Positions 18,701 through 26,441 of a stretch of 64,000 nucleotides of DNA are shown piece after piece. Origin of the DNA: Armatimonadota bacterium. Its GTDB lineage: Bacteria > Armatimonadota > UBA5829 > DTJY01. Within the stretch, counting starts at the first letter, position 1. The number at the start of each line of letters is the position of its first letter. The notes below the pieces were generated by a model. It was given only the letters and a program-made list of their open reading frames with translations, was not told the DNA's origin and searched no databases. The stretch is from the NCBI GenBank assembly GCA_025358205.1, contig JANYKG010000182.1, positions 3,497-67,496 of the forward strand, in the 5' to 3' direction. The position numbers were made by a program, and so were the translations under genes.

Positions 18701-18791
18701 GAGCTGGCTCAAGTGGAACAGCGGAATTGCATTGGAGAAAACGCCTTACACATTCGGGGACATTACCTTCACCGGAGGCGCTGTTGAATAG
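15756..18791 (+). CDS. Secreted clan GH-A glycoside hydrolase (GH39/GH5-like) with C-terminal CBM9-like domain
   Basis: 1011-aa ORF with AGGAG SD and a signal peptide. The catalytic region has YWEIWNEPN (acid/base) and IWLTEIGWPT (nucleophile). The C-terminal region has WQGDSLQFALDP, typical of CBM9/DOMON-like modules. Confidence 0.7.
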   Translation: MPNHQDCFVAVLAVCFLSMLLPVSCHARDTTAVEYDVAIPTTAGLTSMNGSPGTSSFNDGVLKCDFSGKPGYVGVNMGPAPILGHPQKLTLTLDSDASGHPLVLRFVDSDNQYFQAKVADLDSPGVRMVSLPVNDMSQWFHFGGKNDGEVRLPIKLAEIIVDHDGPDASIRLMSLKVRTEIPLEQGISFSMGPRTQESAADTIVIETKSILPGAVGARYEWTEKSFDGRVLDSGREQFVLESGKVVQRSLKVAKDGVRLCEFRLDADLAVGDLNNPPLPLKTRAMNQTIEQPEFVTVSKTIATSVVKAPTGGSSKLLPDSEFGMGIYLGQRWQSADQELPAEIARDIGVKWMRDEFNWGHLEPEKGKWNWDRFDHSVETATKNGISIFGLLCYWAPWTKPHTPEGIADYCNYVRTVVGRYKGCVKYWEIWNEPNIFFWTGTVEQYAELMKAAYSAVKEADPEAMVIGCCTSGTDLRFIEKVFQNGGYDNMDILSIHPYRYPPTPEESDFIGELKRADALVRKYGPRKEIWLTEIGWPTNAGDNGSSEAKQAAMIARTYMQAAASGVVQKVFWYNFRNDGLDPSYNEHNFGIIRRDQSLKPACEAFMTMTRHLEGKKFVKALNPGQGVYAYLFEGGGKRTLAAWCTAGSARLKVSGRPAQVVDLIGGAVSVKNTAAGFSFPISEYPVFISDVDKNVIVNADIIESKPLIGDESDVRIDITPAGPKSFAVSVTSPRPLNTPGDVIVRADGYADRFTIPKGTTVHSEKYQLPQSLSMDQSKGLTVSASVDIGQETVTHRSIVYYVESRHAPEGTKLGDDLAKWKLGAPITMGRSIQDGADAGKWGGPDDLSGNVWTSWDSHNFYVIAEIQDDVMCQTHDGADIWQGDSLQFALDPLHLESEGPGATYEIGLALTPKGPQVFSWLAPSGIKTGLMKNARLMVKRSGVKTIYQAAIPLADLAPLKPKAVKTVGFALVLNDDDGTGRKSWLKWNSGIALEKTPYTFGDITFTGGAVE

Positions 18792-21588
18792 AGTACGCGC
18801 CATTCACCATTCGCCGCTGTTGGCGCTTACACTGTTCATCACTATGCTGCCGGCAGGGTCGTGTCATTCCGCGCAGATTGTGCTTCCTCTCAAGCTGGAC
18901 TTTGGCGCCGCCACGCCAACTGTCTATGTCAAGTATGACAGAGCAGGAGCCGACACGATCTTTGATGGGCGTTATGGCTGGGTTCATCCCCCTATGCTGG
19001 AGGAGAGGGACCGGGGCGGACTAGATGACAGTGACCATGATTTCGTGTTCAGTACAGAGCCTGCGGTGTTCCGCATAACATTGCCTGATGGTGATTATGT
19101 TGTGACTATAACATGTCATGACAGTGCGGCCTCTCATCCATCATTTGTCGTCCGTGCAGATACTAAGATCGGATACGAGATACCCGACATGACTCCGGCG
19201 GATACTCTTACTGTAGTGTTGCGCGGAAGAGCCAGGGACGGATTTCTAGACATTGAGTTCAACCCGATTGTTTCAATATGGTTGGTCAACGCGCTCACCG
19301 TGCGGGGGTTGGAACCCGGCGAGAAGGTTATGTCTGCAACCTGTACGCAGGCCGGAAGAACCTTTCAGTTGGCGGAGCATCCGTTCGAGACGGCTGGTGA
19401 AAGCAAGTTACGCGTGATGAAGGTTCCTGTCTATGACAAGCCAGGGTATCCATCCACCGCGGACTATATGCGAGTGCTGGAGCGGTTTTCGCTTTACGCC
19501 GAGAGGGGATGGCATCCGAATTACAATGGACTGGCTGAGGTTGGCTACTTTGGCGACGGCACGCATGACGAGATGGGGCTGCGCTCAATGGGCAACTTCA
19601 TCTTCACCTGCGCGCTGCTGGCATCTGATCCGGCGTACGATCCGAAGACGACCGCTGTGAGCAGGGATCAACTCCTCGACTATGCGAAACAGTGCCTCAG
19701 ATACATGACTCGCTCGCATGTCACAGGCGACCTTACATGCGCGGACGGAGGCAGGTGGGGCGATCAGTGGCAGTCATCCTGGTGGACCGGCAAGATGGCA
19801 GCCGGCGCGCATCTGATCTGGGCGAAACTGTCGCCGGAAGAGCGCGTTGCCGTCGAACGAGTGGTGGTTCACGAGGCAAATCGGCACTTGGCTCGGGTTG
19901 CACCGGGCGGTGCGTCAAGCGATACCAAGTCAGAGGAAAATGCCTGGGACACCGAGGCGCTGGCGGCCGCGTTAGCGCTTTTCCCTGGGCACGAAAATGC
20001 TCCTAAGTGGTGGCGAAAGCTCCAGGATTTTGCTATGAACACGCTCTCCGCCCCGCAGGACAAGCAGGATTCAACGTTGGTAGACCATCGGGCCGTGAAA
20101 GATATGGTCTACACTACCAACATTCACTCCGATTTCACGATAGAGAACCACGGGGCATACCATTTCTGCTACATGGCCTGTCCTCTGCACTCGCTGGCGT
20201 GGGGCTGGTACAACCTGACCAGCAATGGCCGACCTGTGCCCCAGGCGCTATTTCACCACTACAAAGATGTCTATGACGTCATAGACAAAACCTTTCTGTA
20301 CGATGGGCGGTTTGCGTATATGGCAGGCAAGGACTGGCCCAGGTACGCCTATGGCCTGTCGTTCATACTCCCTGCGCTGGTCTTAATGCAAAAGGAATTC
20401 GGCAATTCAGACGCCCGTCTGTTTGAGAGGAAGCGGTTTCAGACCCTGGAGCGTGAGCAGATCATGAACGCAGACGGCACATTCTACGGCAAGCGTTTCA
20501 CGGCCAACCGAATGCTGAATCGCCCACTGGAGTACGAAACCGATACGTATGCGAATCTGGGCGTATCCTACCTCATGCACAAAATGGACACAAAACCGCC
20601 GATATCTCCGACCGACCCTGATGATTTTCAGCGCAGCGTGGCTGGGACGTTCATCAGCGCCGAGTCAGGGTGGCTGCTGGGTAGGTCGCCAAAGGTGTTC
20701 ACCAGCTTCAGTTGGCGAGACCTGGGCGGCTCGTATCCGATGGGAATATTCGTTCCCAAAGTCTGCGACGACATGGCGGAGTGGGGCAGGGAACAGCTTG
20801 CGGGCAGTATGTCCATCGTTGGCGGCGACCCAAAAAAGCGCCAAGTCGTTTACAACAACGGGCAGTTCGACGGCGGATTCTGGACCGCAGGCCTTGTGAC
20901 TCACTCGGAGGCGGACGGTGCGCCGATGATGAACCAACACCTTGCGTTCGTCTCTCTCCCCGAGGAGGGTATGGCCCTGATAATGGACCATGCGGTTGCG
21001 GTCAAGGATATCACCGTGACCGCGCAGGAGGGATTGAAGTATTATCTCGCTAATGACATATTCAACGGCGGCACGCGCGAGGTTGCCTCTCCTGCCGGCA
21101 AGTTCAAATTGCGCGGGGCGAACACCAACGAACCGTCGCCGGACAAAGCGAATCACGTCATCGGTGAACCGTGGCTTTGTATGGACGAGAAGCTTTCTTT
21201 TGTTGCGTTGACCTCGAATTCGCCGTTCACGGTGCGGGATCTGCGAGGCAGACAGGCGCCGTGGAACAGCATCGAGTATGAGATGATTGACCTGCCCTAT
21301 ATCACCGAGCCGCGTGATTTCTACGCGAACGGATTGGTCAGGTACACGGCGGTGGTCTTGTGCGCCGGGAACGCGCGGGATGCGGCTCGCGTTTCTGCGC
21401 AGAGCAAGCTGATATCGTCCGGCAGTCCGGATGTGAGATGCGCAGTTCTCAGCCGTGATGGCAAACGTAAATGGCTGGTTGCGATCAACTTCGGCGATCA
21501 GCCGGAGCAGGTCAACATTGACATAGATGGACACACTATGACATTTGATGTCAAGGCAATGTCCGCCGAGATAAAGAAACTCGACTAG
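18784..21588 (+). CDS. Secreted 934-aa protein of unknown family (possible alpha/alpha-toroid glycan-active enzyme)
   Basis: Track ORF 18676-21588 overlaps the previous gene by 116 nt. The TTG at 18784 has GGAGG 5 nt upstream and yields the signal peptide MNRVRAIHHSPLLALTLFITMLPAGSCHSA. I recognise no diagnostic catalytic motif. The W/H-rich central region and its genomic context suggest a CAZyme. Confidence 0.6.
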   Translation: MNRVRAIHHSPLLALTLFITMLPAGSCHSAQIVLPLKLDFGAATPTVYVKYDRAGADTIFDGRYGWVHPPMLEERDRGGLDDSDHDFVFSTEPAVFRITLPDGDYVVTITCHDSAASHPSFVVRADTKIGYEIPDMTPADTLTVVLRGRARDGFLDIEFNPIVSIWLVNALTVRGLEPGEKVMSATCTQAGRTFQLAEHPFETAGESKLRVMKVPVYDKPGYPSTADYMRVLERFSLYAERGWHPNYNGLAEVGYFGDGTHDEMGLRSMGNFIFTCALLASDPAYDPKTTAVSRDQLLDYAKQCLRYMTRSHVTGDLTCADGGRWGDQWQSSWWTGKMAAGAHLIWAKLSPEERVAVERVVVHEANRHLARVAPGGASSDTKSEENAWDTEALAAALALFPGHENAPKWWRKLQDFAMNTLSAPQDKQDSTLVDHRAVKDMVYTTNIHSDFTIENHGAYHFCYMACPLHSLAWGWYNLTSNGRPVPQALFHHYKDVYDVIDKTFLYDGRFAYMAGKDWPRYAYGLSFILPALVLMQKEFGNSDARLFERKRFQTLEREQIMNADGTFYGKRFTANRMLNRPLEYETDTYANLGVSYLMHKMDTKPPISPTDPDDFQRSVAGTFISAESGWLLGRSPKVFTSFSWRDLGGSYPMGIFVPKVCDDMAEWGREQLAGSMSIVGGDPKKRQVVYNNGQFDGGFWTAGLVTHSEADGAPMMNQHLAFVSLPEEGMALIMDHAVAVKDITVTAQEGLKYYLANDIFNGGTREVASPAGKFKLRGANTNEPSPDKANHVIGEPWLCMDEKLSFVALTSNSPFTVRDLRGRQAPWNSIEYEMIDLPYITEPRDFYANGLVRYTAVVLCAGNARDAARVSAQSKLISSGSPDVRCAVLSRDGKRKWLVAINFGDQPEQVNIDIDGHTMTFDVKAMSAEIKKLD
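20269..20286. repeat. Perfect 18-bp palindrome GTCTATGACGTCATAGAC (two array motifs head to head)
   Basis: Read directly from the sequence. It is self-complementary over all 18 nt, has the centre TGACGTCA, and is coding (D-V-Y-D-V-I-D-K). Confidence 0.95.
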
Positions 21589-21602
21589 AAGAGGAGATAC
21601 GG

Positions 21603-24600
21603 GTGAAGACGAGACTGTTTGCCATGCTTGTGACTGTGCTAGTTCTGTGCGCGTTTGGAGCGGCGTTTGCTCAGTCGCCGCTGGACAGCGTGCTCGCCAA
21701 ACTGCAGGTCATCAAGGCCGGCGCCAGCGTGAACGCCTGGCGATTTGTGTCCAGGGACGTGCCGAGCGCGATTGCCCCTGACTATGACGACAGCAAGTGG
21801 GTGACCGGCAGCCCGGAGTACCAGTGGGGCACAGGTCCGGTCGGCTGGATGCGTACTACCATAGTCGTGCCGGAAAGTGTGGGCGGCGTATCGGTCGTCG
21901 GATCGAGCCTAACGTTTCGCGCGGGTGTTGACGATGACGGTGAGCTTTACGTCAACGGCAAGCTGGTACAGAAGTTTCATTGGGATCAGTGTTCGGTGGT
22001 TTTGAGCGGTAATGTCAAAGCCGGTGACAAGTATGTCATAGTCATCAAGTGCCTCAACTCCGGTGGACCGGGGCGTTTGCTTTCCGCGAGCGTGGAGTAC
22101 AGCGCTTTGGGCGACATCCGCGCACCGGTCCAGGAGTTCGCAGCAGAGTTGTCCGGCGCGAAGCAGTTCGTGGATAGAGAGAAAGACAAGGCAACACAAG
22201 ATAAAATGAACCTCGCTCTGTCCGCAGCAGCAAGCAAGCTCGATACATCGGCGCTGGATCGCGGGGACAAACAAGCTTTCCTCATGTCTATGACAGCAGC
22301 GCGCAAGGAACTCGGCCCCATAGCCAAGCTCGCGAAGGCATACACCACGCATCTTATCGGCCACGGGCATATTGACATGAACTGGCTGTGGCTCTGGCCG
22401 GAGACGCTGGACGTGTGCAAAAACACCTTCACCACCGTGCTGAAGCTGATGGACGAGTATCCTGAGTTCCGCTATTCCCAGAGCCAAGCATCCACCTACA
22501 TCGCCATGGAAGAGACCCAGCCGGAGCTGTTCAAGCAGATTCAGAAGAAGGTTGCGAGCGGTCAGTGGGACATAACGGGCGGCACATGGGTTGAGGGCGA
22601 TATGAACATGGCGTCCGGTGAGTCCATCGTTCGCCAGATTCTCTATGCCAAGCGCTACTTCAAGGAGAAGTTCAACGTTGAGCCGGTGATGTGCTGGGAA
22701 CCTGACACGTTCGGCCATGCGTGGACGATTCCGCAGATTCTTGCGAAGAGCGGTTTGAAATACTACTATTTCATGCGGTGCGGCAGAAACGAGCCGATCT
22801 TCTGGTGGGAAGGACCAGACGGCTCCAGGGTGCTGGCCTACAACCGCGGCTCATACAACGGTTCCATCGGCGAAGATGCCGGTGACTCGGCGCTTGACGT
22901 ATACAACCGCTACGGTACAAAGGACGGCATGTTCGTGTATGGCGTGGGCGACCACGGCGGCGGCCCGACACGAGCGGACATCGCGAAGGCGATCGAGCTG
23001 GAGAAGAGGAGCGTCTACCCGACGGTCAAGTTCGACACGACAACCGGTTTCTTCAGCACACTGGAGAAATCCGGCAAGAAGTTCCCAGTCATCAAGGATG
23101 AACTCAATTTTGTGTTCGAGGGCTGTTACACCACCCACTCTGACGCCAAGAAAATGAATCGCGACCTGGAGAATCTGCTTCCTACCGCCGAGATGTTCTC
23201 GGTGATTGCGGAGCCTTTTGGGTTCAAGTACCCGCGCGAGGATTTCGTGAAGGCCTGGAGGAATACCTGCTTCAACCAGTTCCATGACATCTTTGACGGC
23301 TCGGCGATCCACGGGTCGTATGAATACTCCAAAGGGCTTTACGAGGAGTCGAAGAAGATCGGCGACACCGCCCTGCAGGGATCACTGAATGCTATCGCCG
23401 GGGATGTGGATACCCTGGGAATGGGCATTCCGGTGGTGGTATTCAATCCGCTTTCATGGGCCAGGACCGATGTGGTGCGGTTGGATGTGCCGAAGTCGCT
23501 CATCGGGAATGCATTCAGGGTCAGTGACGACAAGGGCGAGGTAATGCCTTCGCAGGCACTCGACGGCCAAATTGTCTTTACTGCTGTGGACGTGCCTTCG
23601 GTCGGATACAAGGTCTACCATGTCTATGACATGAAGACACCGTTGGCCATCCAGTCACCGGACGGCGCGCGCGTTATTGAGAACGAGTTCTTCAAGGTGA
23701 CGCTGGACGACAAGACCGGCGCTATCGCGAGCATCTTCGATAAGAAGGCCAATCGCGAGGCGCTTACCGGTCAGGGTGATGCGCTCCAGTGCCTGTGGGA
23801 GGCTCCGCACGGCATGTCGGCATGGGGCATCGGCGCCATCACAAAGACCGAGGCCGCGCACCAGGTATCATCGTCGGTTAACTCATATGGCCCGGTCAGA
23901 ATACTGCGTGTCAAGCATGACTATGACAAATCATCGTTTGTCCAAGACATCATTCTCTACACTGGAGTGCCTCGCATAGACTTCAAGATGACTGCGGACT
24001 GGGGACAGACCGGCTCGTCGGAGATAGGTGGACTGATGCTTAAGGTCGCATTCCCCATCAATGTCAAGGACGGCAAGGCCAGGTTCGAGATACCATTTGG
24101 CAGCATCGAGCGTCCGGCGAATGGCAACGAAGTACCTGGCCAGAAGTGGATTGATGTATCCAGCGGCGACTATGGAGTCAGCCTCTTGAATGACTGCAAG
24201 TACGGGTTTGACGTAAAGGACAACATCATGCGGATGACCCTCCTTCGCGCGCCGGATGATCCTGATCCGACGTCCGACCTGGGGCAGCACGAGATCAACT
24301 ACTCGCTCTACCCTCATGCCGGAGACTGGAAGCAGGCGGACACGGTGAGAAGGGGATATGAGTTCAACAACCCGCTCATTCCGTTGGTAACTACTCCGCA
24401 TCTCGGCAAGATGCCCAAGTCGTACTCCTTCTTGAAGGTCGAGCCGTCCAATGTCATAGTCACGGCGCTGAAGAAATCGGAGTCTGGCAACAATCCTATC
24501 ATGCGCTTCTACGAATGTGAAGGCGAGCCTTGTACTGCGGAACTGACATTTGGAATGCCGGCTACCGGAATCTGGAACTCAGATCTTATGGAGCGCAGGA

Positions 24601-24785
24601 CTGCCGGCAGCAGTGGTGTGAAGAACGGTCATGTTAAGGTTCCGCTTAGGAAGTGGGAGATCAAGACCATTCATGTCAGGAACGTTCGCGGTGACATTTG
24701 GGGCAGTGCAGGTGCGCTTGCGATAGGGGGAGCACAAATGCAGAATGTGATGCGAGACATCAAATCTTCTATGTCCAAGCCGTAG
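21603..24785 (+). CDS. Secreted GH38 alpha-mannosidase with N-terminal sugar-binding-like domain
   Basis: 1060-aa ORF with a GTG start and GAGGAG SD, plus a signal peptide. The GH38 signature is HLIGHGHIDMNWLWLWPET with downstream conserved blocks (QFHD, CKYG). It has a ~35-aa C-terminal extension relative to the second GH38 in the window. Confidence 0.9.
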   Translation: MKTRLFAMLVTVLVLCAFGAAFAQSPLDSVLAKLQVIKAGASVNAWRFVSRDVPSAIAPDYDDSKWVTGSPEYQWGTGPVGWMRTTIVVPESVGGVSVVGSSLTFRAGVDDDGELYVNGKLVQKFHWDQCSVVLSGNVKAGDKYVIVIKCLNSGGPGRLLSASVEYSALGDIRAPVQEFAAELSGAKQFVDREKDKATQDKMNLALSAAASKLDTSALDRGDKQAFLMSMTAARKELGPIAKLAKAYTTHLIGHGHIDMNWLWLWPETLDVCKNTFTTVLKLMDEYPEFRYSQSQASTYIAMEETQPELFKQIQKKVASGQWDITGGTWVEGDMNMASGESIVRQILYAKRYFKEKFNVEPVMCWEPDTFGHAWTIPQILAKSGLKYYYFMRCGRNEPIFWWEGPDGSRVLAYNRGSYNGSIGEDAGDSALDVYNRYGTKDGMFVYGVGDHGGGPTRADIAKAIELEKRSVYPTVKFDTTTGFFSTLEKSGKKFPVIKDELNFVFEGCYTTHSDAKKMNRDLENLLPTAEMFSVIAEPFGFKYPREDFVKAWRNTCFNQFHDIFDGSAIHGSYEYSKGLYEESKKIGDTALQGSLNAIAGDVDTLGMGIPVVVFNPLSWARTDVVRLDVPKSLIGNAFRVSDDKGEVMPSQALDGQIVFTAVDVPSVGYKVYHVYDMKTPLAIQSPDGARVIENEFFKVTLDDKTGAIASIFDKKANREALTGQGDALQCLWEAPHGMSAWGIGAITKTEAAHQVSSSVNSYGPVRILRVKHDYDKSSFVQDIILYTGVPRIDFKMTADWGQTGSSEIGGLMLKVAFPINVKDGKARFEIPFGSIERPANGNEVPGQKWIDVSSGDYGVSLLNDCKYGFDVKDNIMRMTLLRAPDDPDPTSDLGQHEINYSLYPHAGDWKQADTVRRGYEFNNPLIPLVTTPHLGKMPKSYSFLKVEPSNVIVTALKKSESGNNPIMRFYECEGEPCTAELTFGMPATGIWNSDLMERRTAGSSGVKNGHVKVPLRKWEIKTIHVRNVRGDIWGSAGALAIGGAQMQNVMRDIKSSMSKP

Positions 24786-24903
24786 CCGATGGGTCCCATT
24801 TGAATGCAATATCCTCACCTTGCATGGCAAAGTGAAGGAAAAGCGTCTCGCTCGGTGAAAGTATCTTTGGATAATCGTTTTCTCTTGGAAAAGGAACTCC
24901 AAC

Positions 24904-26436
24904 ATGCGTAACCACAATGCGGTGATGTGCGCATTGCTGCTCTTGACTATCAGCGCGCTTCAAGCCGGGGCAGCAGTGAAGCTCCCCACCATCTTCAGCG
25001 ACAACATGATGCTGCAGAGGGGGATTTCTGCGCCGATCTGGGGAACGGCCGGTCCCGGTGAGCTGGTGACCGTGAAGATCGCCGGGCAAAAAGCTATCGC
25101 AAAAGCGGGCAAAGACGGCCGATGGGTGGTTCGCCTCAAGCCGTTGAAAGCCGGCGGCCCGTATGACATGACCGTCTCCGGCAAGCATAAGATCGTCGTG
25201 AAGAACATCCTCGTCGGCGAAGTCTGGTTCTGCTCGGGCCAGTCGAATATGGTGATGACGGTCAAACAATGCGACAATGCCAAGGCCGAGATCGCCGATG
25301 CCAAGAACTACCCTGAGATTCGGAACTACACTGTGAGCTTAAAAGCCTCGCCCAATCCTCTGAATGACACCGTCGGGAAGTGGGAGGTCTGCAGCCCTGA
25401 GACGGTAGGGAAGTTCACAGCCACGGGGTACTTCTTCGCGCGCGAGATACACAACACATTAAAGGTTCCGGTTGGCATCATCCTCAGCGCATGGGGCGGG
25501 GCCAACATGGAGTCATTCATGCGCCTGGACGCGCTGAAGGCTCACCCAGTTGAAGCCAAACCGTACTTCAAGCTCTGGGAACAGCGCAAGGCCGCGTTCC
25601 CGGCGGAGCATGCTGCGGCTCTGAAGGCTGCTGCAGAGGCCAAGGCGGCTGGAAAGTCCGCGCCGAAGATGCGGACCCTTGAAGGGCATCAGGCCCGCCC
25701 TTCGTCCATCTACAACGCTATGATCTCACCGATCATACCCTACGGTATCCGAGGTGTGCTCTGGGCGGGCGGCAAGTCCAACCGGTTCCGAGCGCTGGAA
25801 TATCGGACTCTCATGCCGGCAATGATTCAGAACTGGCGCAAGTCGTGGGGCCTTGGGGACTTTCCATTCTACCTGTGTCAGATGGCAAACTGGATTTCCC
25901 CCAACCCGGATGAGCATTGGGAGGAACTGCGTGAAGCGATGCTCAAGACGACAAATCTGAAGAACACTGGTATGGTGGTGACGATAGACATAGGCGACCC
26001 ACACAACGTGCATTTCACAAACAAGCAGGAGGTCAGTCGCAGGTTCGTACTGCAAGCGGAGGCGAAGACCTATGGAATGGATGTGGTATGCGATGGCCCG
26101 ATCTACGTGTCTATGACATCAGAGCGCGGTGCAATCCGGCTTCACTTCAAGTCGCTTGGCGGTCTGGCAGCGCGCGGCGGAGGTGCGTTGAAGGGGTTTG
26201 TCATAGCTGGTGGGGATCGTAAGTTCGTCCCAGCAGATGCGGTGATAGACGGCGACACGATACTTGTTCGAAGCGAGAGCGTGGCATCGCCGGTGGCTGT
26301 TCGGTACGCCTGGGAGATGAACCCGGACTGCAATCTCGTGAACAGAGCCGGTCTCCCAGCGTCACCGTTCCGTACTGATGCGTGGCCTTTCTGGGAGGGT
26401 GTTCACGAACAGGGCCCTGCAGATGATGGAGGATAG
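24904..26436 (+). CDS. Sialate O-acetylesterase-like (SASA/DUF303) carbohydrate esterase
   Basis: 510-aa ORF with a signal peptide. GEVWFCSGQSNM is the characteristic SGNH-like GQSNM motif of 9-O-acetylesterases. Confidence 0.8.
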   Translation: MRNHNAVMCALLLLTISALQAGAAVKLPTIFSDNMMLQRGISAPIWGTAGPGELVTVKIAGQKAIAKAGKDGRWVVRLKPLKAGGPYDMTVSGKHKIVVKNILVGEVWFCSGQSNMVMTVKQCDNAKAEIADAKNYPEIRNYTVSLKASPNPLNDTVGKWEVCSPETVGKFTATGYFFAREIHNTLKVPVGIILSAWGGANMESFMRLDALKAHPVEAKPYFKLWEQRKAAFPAEHAAALKAAAEAKAAGKSAPKMRTLEGHQARPSSIYNAMISPIIPYGIRGVLWAGGKSNRFRALEYRTLMPAMIQNWRKSWGLGDFPFYLCQMANWISPNPDEHWEELREAMLKTTNLKNTGMVVTIDIGDPHNVHFTNKQEVSRRFVLQAEAKTYGMDVVCDGPIYVSMTSERGAIRLHFKSLGGLAARGGGALKGFVIAGGDRKFVPADAVIDGDTILVRSESVASPVAVRYAWEMNPDCNLVNRAGLPASPFRTDAWPFWEGVHEQGPADDGG

Positions 26437-26441
26437 AACGC

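Noticed and set aside
18676-18783. Upstream 36 codons of the 970-aa track ORF overlapping the end of the preceding gene
   Set aside because: The overlap is 116 nt with no SD. The internal TTG at 18784 has GGAGG and produces a proper signal peptide.
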